Positions 35,466 to 47,439 of a DNA stretch of 64,000 nucleotides are shown in pieces (the stretch's first letter is position 1; every line of letters begins with the position of its first letter). Under the pieces are notes generated by a model. The model searched no databases and was not told the origin of the DNA. It was given only the letters and a program-made list of their open reading frames with translations. The DNA lies in contig MU004199.1 in NCBI GenBank assembly GCA_010093605.1, positions 1-64,000 of the forward strand. Direction: 5' to 3'. The stretch comes from Lophium mytilinum. Lineage: Eukaryota. The position numbers and the translations under genes are program-made.

Positions 35466-37920
35466 ATGGCAGAAGCGTTCGCTCTCGCTGGGGGAATCGT
35501 CTCGGTTCTTGGCTTTGCCGGCCAAGCTGGAAAAGGTACCGGCTCGCTCTACAACTTTCTAAAGGACATCAAAAACGCACCTAGAACCAACGAGGAGCTT
35601 CAGATATACATTGATATCCTAAAAGACGCTCTTCAGGAACTCGACTCTCGCATACTACTTTCCTCTCCCGGCGAAAACAGTGAGGCACAAAAGGCCTACA
35701 AGCAACTCAAGGCAGCTATTGCTGTGTTGGAGTCATTGGTAGACACACAAAAGCGAGGGCAAGGAGATGGTCGAGTCAGGAAGAAATGGAAGAATATCCT
35801 TACCGCTGTACGGGAAAAGGAGGTTGGAAAACATCTCGCAGCTATTGAAAGAGCCAAATCAACTATGCAGATGACTCTGCATTCCCAGCACATCAACGAA
35901 GCGAGGTAGGTTCTTTCCCAATCGCAAGCATCGTCCTACAGATGGTTGTTCTCATATGCGGTCCCGAGAACTCTCCCTGGCGTGTTTCATTAGCAGAACG
36001 AACGTCGCCCAGCATTGATACGCCCTTCCAGTAGTGATGGAGTTGGCGCTAATTCGAGTGATAAGGGACCAACTTGCCATGCACCGGCAAGACACGCAAG
36101 AGCTACGCGACAAGTTCGACCAATTCTGTGTGTCTCTGCGTTCTTCGAACGGAATTATCCTCGGGGATCCGGCCTCATTGCAGATCGAAACAAATCCACC
36201 CAGTACGGAAATTGATAACGGTCAAGTAGAAGTAGAAAACACCTCTATGCCAAGTGTTACGAACAACCATCCATGGAACAATACTGAGGTTATTAGCGAG
36301 GCAACGCATGGTGATATCGAAGTGGAAGATATATTCGAAGACGCATTGGAGCACGTTGACACAAATTTACCCGACTCCGTATCCACCCTAGTCTACTCAG
36401 ACGAAGGATCTAGCGACTCAACGCACTCTCTAAAGCTGAAAGAGAGCTTTGTCGCTCCATCCGCTTCCGAGTCCTCTCAGATAACCAGACGGCGCGGTGC
36501 AATACCAGTTGGGCTAGGATTCCTTCATTGGAGCACCACCAACTATGTTGAACGCCGACCAAATGGGGACGTCCGCAGATCCTCATACCATACTACCTAC
36601 CGTTTCCTCCCTTCTATATCAATCTATTCTAGTGGCCTCCAGTTGCTATGCAGATGGAACAGCACTTACGGCGGTATCTCGATACCGTGGGGGACCCTAC
36701 GCCCAGTGACTCGGGTGCCGGATGATGCACCAATCATCAAGGCAGTCCAACGCGGTCACCTTGTCAGGGTAATTGAGCTTATTTCAAGTGGACAAGCGTC
36801 AGCGCACGACGTTGATACATCCGGGCATGGCTTGTTAGAGCATGCAATCTATCCAAAGGTCGTGAATCTAGATCGGTTAATGATAACAGAATTGGCCTTC
36901 ATTCTGGTCCGGTATCTAGTCCAATGCGGTGCCGAGCCCGCAAAAGCAATACCTGCGATCTATGAGCACCAGTGTCAGCTACGACAGCAAGAGGTTATAC
37001 CTTTCGCTGCCGAAGTCACTGATCTTTATCAGAAACCGTACTCGAAACCTAGCAATATCGCGGCCATCAAGAAAGCAAGCAGAGTATTAGAAGACATCGG
37101 CCGTCTGTGTCTCGACAAAGCCGTGGAAGACCCCTATCAGGATCCCGACATGCGACTAAAGATGTGGAAGACTTCAGAGGTCGGGCCATGGAATGTGCCC
37201 ATCGACTCCTTCTATCTCTATCATGAAAATTGGCCCATCGGCATCGAAGATCTGGCACTCGAACTCCCAGAGGAGGTTTTCAGCATGCTGCTTAGCGTAG
37301 ATGTGTACGACCCTAACGATGATCACGACCTGATCAGTCGTTTGGACCGGAGATACAGTATACTGGCCACTCTCTACAATGCTGGAATACCGTCGAAAGC
37401 ATTCGCACGGAAGGCAGTAAAGCGTACACAGGTAACACCAAGCTCTTTGGCTACTGGTGGTTTCTGCCGCAGAGCGAACTCGCACCTCATCCACCTTCTA
37501 ATTGCAAAGTCGAATCTCCTCCGCAGCGAGACACGCTACCGGGATAGTGTCCGCCAACACATCTTGCGCATGCTTGTACTCCTACTCAGGAATGGCGAAG
37601 ATGCTCATCTTCGATGCCCCTGCGCCATCATTTGGAATGGCAATGAAGGCGAGCTACGGACGGCTACCGACCTTGCTATTGGTAGGAATCTATTCGACAT
37701 ATGGATCGAGGCATTAAAACAAGCTGGGTACAATCCTCCGGACTTCGTTGAAGACCGGGTGGTAAGTTTACCTATGGAAGCGTGCTTGGGTGTGTGGAAT
37801 GATCTCAAATCGACGACATCGGGTGGAAAGATCAGAGTGTCGCCGGATGTGCAGCGCAACTTTTTGAGGGTGATGGCAAGTTTTTCTAACTCGAGGCTTG
37901 ATAACTTCGCTTTGATGTAA
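35466..37920 (+). CDS. Protein with HeLo-like/fungal STAND N-terminal helical domain and ankyrin-like central region
   Basis: MAEAFALAGGIVSVLGFA..LYNFLKDIKNAP...WKNI..AIERAKSTM fits the HeLo-like N-domain pattern. Intron 35906-36065 (GCTAAT branch) joins it in frame to the 628-aa ORF. VPDDAPIIKAVQRGHL..V..LISSGQASAHDVDTSGHGLLEHA is an ankyrin-like segment. Confidence 0.7.
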
Positions 37921-38432
37921 TAGACTGGGTTGAGACTAGGGCGCAAAATGGCGTTTGAAGAGAGATCTCAAAGGAGAGGGCTGCCAAGCTTGTAATCCAC
38001 TGTGTTGACAACGAGTGTAATGAAAGATGAAGTTCAAATTCGCACAGGCATGTGAAATGATATGTCATTCTGGGGTCATGCGGGACACCTCTATTATCGA
38101 AACCGTCTACCTTACGAAAAAATGGTACAAGTTAGTCAGCGAGTGCAATACTTGCGTATACGAGGTTGTCTAAGTTCCTTCGGCTAGCGTTTTAGAATCA
38201 AAGCCCGTCTTGATATCTGGGGACAGCACATATCTGAGCCTTGGAAGGCGTTGCGCCGCAGGGCTATGCCAAACACCTGTATCTTTTGATCAACTCCAAA
38301 TGGCTTCGAGCACAGAGTTTGAGAGACTCTGGCCACGCTTACATGATGACGTGCCGATATCGATTCGTTGGATAGGATGTCGGCAACCTAGGATGGTCCA
38401 TGGTGGGGAATCTCCTAGTACCGTCGAGAAGA

Positions 38433-39021
38433 TCATTCTTTCTCCATCTCTTGAGCAAGCCACTCTGCTTCTCTGATCATCTCCTCATCACTCCTTGGCT
38501 TCCGGCTCTCGTCTGCATCGACGGCTGGGAACTTTGCCCTTCCTTCCTCGCCACGCTGGTCTCTCAGTTGACGTCCGAGGTCACCCTCTTCCCCATCCAT
38601 CATCCCATAAATTGCATCTTGGCCTCCCCTATCTTTGAGATCTCCTGAGCTGCGGGGTATGATGTGGGCGTGGACATGGGGAACGCTCTGGCCAGCATCT
38701 GCGCCGTCTTGGATCGCGATGTTCAGAGCGGAGGCATTGAAGACCCGCTCAACCATTCGGCTCACGCGCTGGACTGTGATAAAGAGGTCCGTCACCTCCG
38801 AAGGCGTGAGGTCCTTGAAGCGAGGAACAACTCGAATTGGGGAGACGAGGACATGGCCAGGAAGTAAGGGCTTGAGATTGACAAGAGCGAAGGAGGAAGG
38901 CGTGAGATGGAACACCTGAGGTAAATTAGTGGCCGAAGACGAGATACTTGGAAGGAGAGCATACCTGAGAAGTCACCAAGAAAGAGCCAAAATGAATTGG
39001 CTTGGTGGTGAAGGGAGGCAT
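38433..39021 (-). CDS. HNT2: HIT-family bis(5'-adenosyl)-triphosphatase (Fhit/Hnt2)
   Basis: Motifs FALVNLKPLLPGHVLV and QDG..AGQSVPHVHAHIIPR. Exon 1 MPPFTTKPIHFGSFLVTSQ; intron ~38916-38964. Confidence 0.93.
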
Positions 39022-39243
39022 TGTGATGAAGTCAAGAAAAGGTTGAGAGTGAAGCTTGACTCGAGATCGTCATCCCGCTTTTTTCAGCCCTACGAACCGT
39101 GGAAGCTTCAACACACATCTAAGGCTCATATTGCACTTGCCTTCCCCTTTGCAGCACAGCCAGTTTCCGCAAGTAAGTACTAATCTCCTTCACTTTGATC
39201 TGCATTCCATCTCCATCTCCTCTCGCGCTTCTTCACAAGCAAA

Positions 39244-39864
39244 ATGCTCTTCAAGCTCACAAGCTTTGGAGAACAGGAACCCACCCCACCGCCGCCTCCA
39301 CCACCCTCAAGAGCTTTCTTTGACTTCTCGCCCATCGTCCATATCGACAGCTTTGAGTACCAAGACGGTGTTTCTCTTTCTACCCGGCCTCGTGCTCCAC
39401 CATCTGAAGATCCACCAAGAGCATTCTTTACTTTTGGCCCGACTTATCACGTCCCCCGTCCAAATCCCCGTCGAACCTCTCGCCGAGATTTCCAGCCCGC
39501 ATCACCAGAAGCCCGCGAAGAGCTCTTCAATCACAGGACAAGGCCAACAACGACACGCGTTCCCGCACCCACCTCGGAGACGAATTCACCAGGCGCAGAA
39601 ACCTATCATCCAGGCTTAGGCGTCAGTACTTCTAGCTCAGGCGCGCCTCAATCCGCTTCAGACGACAGCAAATTCACTTTAGCCGACAGTGAATCAATCC
39701 TAGACGACGCTGCATCTAGCTGGGACGAAGTTCAATCAATTTTAGACGCTTCTGACAGGCTTAGCACTGCCATAGGAAGCATCATTGGGACACTCCTGAC
39801 CATCAAGATTGGCCTTTGGTTCCTTCGCGTCCTCGGACTGACTCCTAGAAAGCATCCTTTCTGA
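39244..39864 (+). CDS. Pro/Ser-rich hypothetical protein with C-terminal transmembrane anchor
   Basis: 206-aa ORF ending AIGSIIGTLLTIKIGLWFLRVLGLTPRKHPF. Internal repeat PP(S)RAFFxF(S/G)P occurs twice. Confidence 0.55.
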   Translation: MLFKLTSFGEQEPTPPPPPPPSRAFFDFSPIVHIDSFEYQDGVSLSTRPRAPPSEDPPRAFFTFGPTYHVPRPNPRRTSRRDFQPASPEAREELFNHRTRPTTTRVPAPTSETNSPGAETYHPGLGVSTSSSGAPQSASDDSKFTLADSESILDDAASSWDEVQSILDASDRLSTAIGSIIGTLLTIKIGLWFLRVLGLTPRKHPF

Positions 39865-40014
39865 ACAATTCGTTCCTCCGTCTCTAGAGCTGCCATTCCT
39901 TGTTCTACTCATTCACCGTGTCCGTGGCTATCCGTATTAAGCACCATCGCGTACACTTCTTCGCCACTCCCTTCACTCTTTGATTCGAGAGCGCATCCGT
40001 ATTACAGTTTCGTC

Positions 40015-40524
40015 ATGGACACCATAACAGCGCCTAGCCCCTCATCCCCAATTCACACATACCACTGCCTCTGCACCCATCTCATCATCGCCACAACTAC
40101 TCCCCTCACCTCCCTTCCTCGCCGCTCGGAAAACAGCATGGACAGAGCGTACATCCTCTCGCTACCCCCACCACCACCAACCAACACAGACTCTGATTCA
40201 GAAGATGACGCAGCCAATATGGAGCGCACAGCGAAGAGGACCGCGGATACGCACTATGCCCTCCTCCTCTCTACGACTACGGACAAGAAAGCGCAGATAG
40301 TCACCCGTACCGATGGTTTTGAGAAGCGATATATGCAACGGTGCGGCCGGTGTAGGTTGCCAATTGGTTATCAGCTCGACTGGGGACAGTATGGCGAGAA
40401 GGAGGGGAAGAGGGAGGATGTGGTGTATCTGCTGCCTGGCGGACTTTTGAGCACCGATGAGATGGCAAGCGGGAAGGATATGGCGGGCAGCATTGGTTTC
40501 GCCGGAGCTGGGATAGAGGCCTAA
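40015..40524 (+). CDS. STEEP1/UPF0428-like zinc-binding protein
   Basis: IHTYHCLC...LPRR...DRAYIL...RTDGFEKRYMQRCGRCRLPIGY. Confidence 0.75.
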   Translation: MDTITAPSPSSPIHTYHCLCTHLIIATTTPLTSLPRRSENSMDRAYILSLPPPPPTNTDSDSEDDAANMERTAKRTADTHYALLLSTTTDKKAQIVTRTDGFEKRYMQRCGRCRLPIGYQLDWGQYGEKEGKREDVVYLLPGGLLSTDEMASGKDMAGSIGFAGAGIEA

Positions 40525-40926
40525 GGCTACAGACCTCTACGATACCCACAAACCCACATAATGCGCTTTCTAATAATGATCACGTTCAAGCGCAAACAAG
40601 AAGTTTCATATCACAGAGTCTCATTCATCTCCCTGTTCGCATAGCCCACGTCTAGGATACGGCTGCCCTACGCGACAAAGAACAATTTCCGCGCCGGAAA
40701 ATCACCATGTCTCTTGCGCAGAACGACCTACTGATCAACCTGAATATCAAGCCCACCCATGCTGCTCCGCCTCCGTGTCCAATACCAACCAGACTCGTAA
40801 CCCAACGCCAGTGTCCGCATACATGCAAGTGAATGCCCCTGTAATCCTACAATTCCGCCGTTTCGTTCCATCGCGTAGCTTGAGGATGAAGATGTAGGAT
40901 CAATCAGAGGTGTTAGGAGAGTGGGT

Positions 40927-41773
40927 CTAGTTTTCCATGATGCCCCTGACAAATTCTGGATGCGAGATTAGATTCGCATGAGATCCTTGTCGAAGTATGG
41001 TATTCAAACGTACCTTTGTAGTCGATCTCGTCGTTGTTGACATCCACAGCCCGGAACAGCTCCTCGACTTCAGACTCGCTCATCTTCTCGCCCATGTTCA
41101 TCAAGACTGCGCAGTGTCAGTACTTCTTCGCAACTTGAGCGTCCGGAGTTTATTGTGAGGGAACATACGGTATTTCGCCTGACCCGTGCCGATAAACCCA
41201 GTGTTGTCCTTATCAAACACCTGGAAGCCGCGAATGTAGTCATTGATATCAGCGGGCTCGCGGAAGCCGCCCGGTCGGTTCAGAATCTTGGAGAAGGTGT
41301 CGAAGTCGACTAGCAAAGCCACAATATTAGCAACCCGCTCATCATCTCATCTCCGCACGCCCGAGTTGAGACAAGAGGAAACTACTCACAATCCGTCCCA
41401 ACATTCCTCTCCAAGTCTGAAATCTCCGCGAGCGTCGGGTTCTGCCCGCATGCGCGCAGGAGGTCGCCAAGCGAGTCGCGCGTGACGCGGCCCTGGCCGC
41501 GCTTGTCGTAGAGCTGGAAGGCTTCGCGGTAGTTGGTGGATGCCTGCAGGTTGGATTGTGAGCTCGTGGTCGGGTACATGCCGGCCATGGTTGCCATTGC
41601 GGGTTTTGTAGTCGAGGGGAGAAGCGTGTAGAGTGCGGCGTGTGGAGGATAGGATGTTGCGGGCGTTGAGTAGGGCGTTGTTGTGGTGTTGTGGTGGAGC
41701 GGAGTCCAGGCCGGCAGCTAGGAGTAGGAGGGCGGGAAGGAGGGTGCGAGCATGTGAAAGGGCGACTTACCAT
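40927..41773 (-). CDS. cdc4: Myosin essential light chain (EF-hand)
   Basis: ATG-only exon 1, then ASTNYREAFQLYDKRG..LGDLLRACGQNPTLAEI, FDTFSKILNRPGGF..GFQVFDKD.TGFIG and MGEKMSESEVEEL. Four introns with canonical sites. Confidence 0.92.
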
Positions 41774-42026
41774 GGTGAAGGGAGTAGCGGCGAAGGAAGT
41801 CAGAAAAGGATTTGAGGGTATATGGAGGGATATGGAGAGTGAGCAGTGTTCGCGGTGAGAGGCACGGTTGGGATTTTTGGTGTTTCTCCCCGCGAGCTTC
41901 GACCTTTTTGTGGTCGAGCGCTGGCCAAGCGTGTTGCCATGGAGAGCAGCGGGCGGTGAGGCCCATGACTCGCGTCCGCGGAACACGCTGAAGATACACA
42001 AAACCTACGCAAACCTGCTGTATAAT

Positions 42027-45000
42027 AGACGGATTTCAGAGACGAATCGCACGGCCGTAGGAGGAAATTCGCCACGTAAATCGGTGTGATGAGGCTTAAG
42101 CTACTGCAGGCCCCTAGTTAGCTCGGTATTCACAAATTTTTACAAAATGCCCACTAGTAGGGGGCCCCCTAGTTAGCGGCATACCTAGCGTAAGGCCTAC
42201 ATGCCCGGAGACCTTAGATAAGGTCTCTAATTAAGGTAGCTTATACAGGCTATATATAGTAAGGCGCCGCTAAAATAAGGCTACTAGCCTATTCTATCTT
42301 ATTATAGCTTTAATAATCTATAGATTCTTCTAAGAATTCTTAACTTTCTTATATTATAATTGCCTGCACTATAATTAAGGCCTAAGGCTATATATAAGGC
42401 TATAAAGGAGGCCTAAGGCTATATAGAAGGTTAAATATATAATAAGATTTATATTTTTAATACTATTTTTAATAGAAATAGCCGGCCGATAATATAAAGA
42501 GAGGAGAGAAAGTAGAAGGCGTAGAAATATTATAGAAAGCCCTTAACTAAATATTTAAGAGGAGGAAAATCTATATACTATTTTATTAGTAGTAGAATTA
42601 CCCTATTATAATCTATTATTAGCTTCTATTTTAAATTCTTATAATCTCTATATAAACCTTAATTTTTATTATATTATAATATCCTCTTGCTAGCCTAATA
42701 TTTTCTCTCTTCTTAATACCGCGCCTAGAGTTCTGTAGCTATATAGAGTTCTATAGCCGCGCGTAGTTTTATAGCTATGCGTAGTTTTATAATATGCGCT
42801 ACTACTCTTCTATCTAATTATTTCTTACTTTAAGCCTTTAGTAATACCTCTATAGCCTCTATAGGCTCCTCTATAGGCCCTAGAGCCTTACCGCGCGCTC
42901 TATAAGATTAACGCGAATAAATAGCTAGAGCTTATTAAGCTAGATAATAATATAGATAATATTCTATAGACTTAAGAGTACTCTAAAATAGAGAATAAAA
43001 ACGCCTTAATAGTTCTTCTACCCTTCTATAATGTTATTTCTCTAGAGATATATAAGTAATTAAGGCTAGCTAAGCAGCTCTACTTTATTAAGCTACTAAA
43101 CTAGTACTACTACTAGGCCTATAAGTGTTAGCTTAAGGCGTATATAGAGAGAATAGTAGTAATAATAAATAAGCTTATAGGCTATATAGAGCGCGGCTAT
43201 AACTTCTATAATAAATATAATTAGTTAAAGAATAAAATTAATAAGAGAATTACTATCTAAAAGGGTAAGAGAGAGGAGACTAAAATAGTATAGAGAGATA
43301 ATAAGTATCTATAGTAGCTTAACGTCTTTATTATAAAGACGGCGGATATAAATAAGGTAATTAAAAAGAAGCTTTAAGGCCTGCCTAAGGTATAAACCTA
43401 TAATAGCTAGCGGTAGGCTATTATTATTAACTTTACGCGCTTAATTAGTATAAAGAGAGGAATTAATAATATTAATACACTAGAGAAGGCGCTATAGCCT
43501 TAGTAGAGGCCTAGTAGAGGACCTCTACGCTGTAGGGGGTTTACAGCCGCATACCGCATGCGTTAAGAGGTTAAGGAGCGTTAAATTACTTATATAGATA
43601 AGAGAGAGAGGCGCCGTATAGCTAAGGCTAAGGCTTAAATTAAGAGAATAATAGCGGGATAGAGAGAGTTATTTAAGGCCTTTATATAGGGCCTAGTAAT
43701 TTCTATCTAGGCTATAATAGATTCTACTTAAATAGTAAGTAACTATAAGAAGCTATAGGCGTTCTACTATACTACTAATTAACTATACTATAAGAGGGCG
43801 ATTACTAATATAGAAAAGATATAGAAAGACTCTAAGCGGCCGTCTTACGTTTAAACTAAGGTAACTAAGGGCGCTAAGTATAGTAGGACTCTTAGCGAGG
43901 TTGCTGGCAATATAGAACATGCGATTAATAATAATAGAGAAAGAAAAAAGAGTATTATTAATAGAGAAGAGAATAAGAGGGCGTTATTAGCGGAGGAATA
44001 TAGCCCTATAGAGGTAGCTAGCCTAGCTAGCCTTAATTTAGGGCCTAATACTTCTAGAGACTTCTATTTTTTTAGTTCTACTTCTTATAACTAATATATT
44101 TTAGATGCTATTACTTATAGGTAGAAAGTAAGTAGTATAAATTATAGCGGCAACTATTAGCTATATTTTCCGGTTATTTTTAAATAAATTAATAGACTTT
44201 TAGTATTAGTTTTATACGTGTAAAGTAGGTAGACGTAAAATTAATATTATCTATAGAGTTTTAATTTTCCTCGCTTATTTTATAAGCTAGCGGAAGCTAA
44301 CCTAAATAAACGCGTTTAATTAGCTAATTTCTTATATAATAGGTAGTAGTAACATTAGTTTACACGCTAGTAATAAAATAGAAAGGCTATATAAAATAGA
44401 AAGGCTATATAAGTATAGTAATACTGTAATTTAGCCTACTATAACCTTAATTCTATACTTCTACACGCCCTTCTTAATGCCTAGGTACTTCTTAATATTA
44501 GGCGTGCCTATATTATACACGTCCGCTATTTAATTACCCCGGAAATAGCTTAAATAATTTATTAGTAGTATAGTAATAATATAATAGCTTTCTATAGGTA
44601 ATAATTCTATTCTTATTACTAACCTAAATAAACTAAAACTCTAGTATTTTAATACTAAACTAAAGCCGTGCTTAATAGCTATATATAGGCTTACTATCTC
44701 TCTATTATACTAATATTAATTAGGGCGCTAAGCTATATATTCCTCTAGCCTTCCTTTAAAGGCACTAATTATGCCCCATCTATTAATATATGCGGAATTA
44801 CTATAAAAATACTAAACTTCCTCTAGTAGAAGGTTACTATACAGCTCTACTAGCTTTATAGATAGCCTAGACTCCTCTATTATTATAAAGTTACCGGTAC
44901 TACCTAGAAATAGCCTAGTAAGAGACTAGATTATACTATTAGAAGTAATAATAGACTAGAACTTAAGGCAGTAGTACTTTTTATACCCAGAGTATATTAT

Positions 45001-46039
45001 CTACTAGATCTAGAAGTCCTTTAGCTATATAATTAGGCAAGTAGTTCTATCTATATAGCCCTAGACTTTACTAATACCTAGATAAAATTCTATAGCTATT
45101 ATATACTCCTCTAGCTTCTTACACGTAAGCTGCCGCCCGTTCTAGTATAGCCACTACTACTACTAATCTATAAAAAAGATAATAGTATCTCTAAATATAG
45201 TATAAAGCTATAAGCAGCTATATCTAAATACTACTAGTATATTACTAAAGCGGCGTAGTATTAAGAGGCGCTAAAGAAGTACACAGAGCAAGAGAATTAA
45301 ATAAGAATAACGCCCGTAAGTATACTTAATCTTATTAAGCTAGAGAAGTATAGCTAACTATCTAATTTTCTTATAGTTAAAGCATATCTTAAAGCGCGCG
45401 CACTTATTAGTAAGCTTATTATTAAACTAGCGCATAAAGTTAACCTAATTATATAGTAGTAGATTATATAGTTAAGAAATAAAGCTATCTAGAACCTTAT
45501 TAACTTTCTCTTTAGCCTCTATCTTATCTATCTCGGCGGCCTTATTATTAGCAAGGGCACGTTCTTTCTTATCTAATAGCTCCGCGAGCTCACTAATATT
45601 AATAGCAGCGGCCGCGGTAGCTATAATACTACCTAGAAGGGCTATAAGGGTAGTAATATAAGGATTATAATAATTTTCTATATTTTAATACATTTAAATA
45701 ATTAAAATTAAATAAGATATAGGTACTAATAGCTAGTAGATAAAATTCTTACCTTATTATACTAAAATAATGTCTAATTTATATTATTAGAGGCTCTGCA
45801 CTAATTACCTATAACCTTATAATCTATAATACTAAGCCGGGCAGCCTAAGCTATATATAGAGGCCTTAAATAGGTGGAAATTAAAATCTAATTTTTATAA
45901 AAATCACGCGTTAATGGCGGCCAGGGTAGCCCCCTGTACTAATTTATTAGTGTTACTACTAAAATTAGCACACCTCTTACCCCTCCGAGCCTAGCTGACC
46001 GCCGTACAGATACTAGCGTAATTCCGTTGAAATCCGTCT
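42027..46039. mobile_element. Full-length RIP-mutated PIF/Harbinger-type (PHIS) DNA transposon
   Basis: 12-bp TIR AGACGGATTTCA (42027-42038) and TGAAATCCGTCT (46028-46039). AAT lies on both flanks (42024-42026, 46040-46042). De-RIPed minus-strand reading at ~45400-44450 gives VWGYIDGT, YSGHKK.H.LKFQSIVTPDG, YGDSAY, VEHGFG and LLTN...GNQ, typical of the DDE_Tnp_4 transposase. A second degraded ORF probably lies on the + strand at ~42750-44000. Confidence 0.88.
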
Positions 46040-46479
46040 AATGTCCTATGAAACTCATGTTTGCGAGTTTAACGAGGTATGAGCCCTTTAATTGATGTGT
46101 CGCTTGGCTTGGTGGATTGAACTGTTCCCAATCGATACCGGACGGTACGTGGAGCTTCACCTTATCTCGACCCTGTTCATCTTTATTGTTTCAATAGCTA
46201 TCATTCACCTTTCGTTGTTTTCCATTTCACGACACGTTTACAATTAAGCACTCCCTACGAATCATCCCCCGTGCTCTATCTGATCAGTTGGATTCGGGTG
46301 TTCCTGGACCATGCGAACCCTATGAAGTCACTTCGGGTCTCTCAAGGATGACAGGACCCGTGTAATGGTAAATTCCCGCGCAAGCCATGAGATATCGTTG
46401 AGTGGAAGGGGACCAAGCCCGTATGAACGAGCAGAGTTGTCATATATACTTCGTAGGTGAAACCACAACCTTTTCATGT

Positions 46480-47439
46480 CTACGCCTTTGCGCTCTGCCG
46501 AAATAGCTCTTCGGAATGATCCTTCCAGATAGTGAAATGCGTCTTCCCTTCCAAAACCCTCAACGTCCGTCCGCCTAGCCGTTCGTCTATCCACTGCGCA
46601 CTCTTTACTGGCGCCTGAGCATCCTGGTCCCCATGCACCAACCACACCTTCTCGCTGTCTACATTTCTCAAGTCAAATCCCCAATCTCTACAAAGCACAG
46701 CCCCATCCTGATAGCACCCCCCGGTGCCCTGCTTGAAAGCCTCGAGGAGTCCTGCGACGGCATCATCGAGAGTAGTGTCGCTGCTAGTATCATTAAATTG
46801 TGCTTTCTCTTCGGGGGTCTTGGCCTGGTCTTCCAGAACGCGTTTGAGGCGTGAGGGGTCTCTAGTGAGGTAGGGGTGGACAAGGTAGGGCAGAAACAGA
46901 TAGCGGGCCCCAAGCCTCAGCAACCACGGCGTTATGCCCATCAAGCGCCAGGAGAGATACGGCACCGTGTCTAGTAAAGCATCGATAGGCCCAATACCGC
47001 ATACGACAGTGGTGCCTCGGAGTCTCTCTTTAGGAATGAAACGTGCGCATGCTAAGGCAAATGGCCCTCCTCCACTAGCCCCTAGTACGCTGAATCGCTC
47101 AATTTCAAGATGATCTGCCAAGCTCATAACGTCTTCAGGCCAGTCAATGAGTCCCCTGTTGGCAAGAGTTGAAAGTCCACACCCGGGTCGATCGATGGCG
47201 ATGAGGCGCGCACCAATTCTCTGGCAGAGCTTGTCCCAGCTACGACCAACAAGGCGGCATCCTGGCATACCGTGGAACACGAAGACTACTGGATCAGAAG
47301 GATTTGTAGAGCCGTAGGTTGCGAAGCCAAGATTGCGCTTGTCGGGGAGGGTGAGAGTTTGATTTTCATTGGGCTGAAGTGTGAGTTTGGAAGGATCTGG
47401 GGGCGATGATGGCGCAGGACTCTCAAAAAACCCGAACAT
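46480..47439 (-). CDS. Alpha/beta-hydrolase
   Basis: Motifs FHGMPGCR, IDRPGCGLS, GASGGGP nucleophile elbow, VHGDQD and GKTHF. Confidence 0.92.
   Translation of the reverse strand: MFGFFESPAPSSPPDPSKLTLQPNENQTLTLPDKRNLGFATYGSTNPSDPVVFVFHGMPGCRLVGRSWDKLCQRIGARLIAIDRPGCGLSTLANRGLIDWPEDVMSLADHLEIERFSVLGASGGGPFALACARFIPKERLRGTTVVCGIGPIDALLDTVPYLSWRLMGITPWLLRLGARYLFLPYLVHPYLTRDPSRLKRVLEDQAKTPEEKAQFNDTSSDTTLDDAVAGLLEAFKQGTGGCYQDGAVLCRDWGFDLRNVDSEKVWLVHGDQDAQAPVKSAQWIDERLGGRTLRVLEGKTHFTIWKDHSEELFRQSAKA

Noticed and set aside
36016..36018. Apparent in-frame TGA breaking the HeLo-like gene
   Set aside because: It falls inside the 35906-36065 intron once the GCTAAT branch point and AAG acceptor are used.
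42026..46040. Tc1/mariner (TA) or hAT (8-bp) classification of the 4-kb element
   Set aside because: The 8-bp flanks differ (ctgtataa versus atgtccta), the transposase motifs are DDE_Tnp_4-type, and AAT is duplicated exactly.
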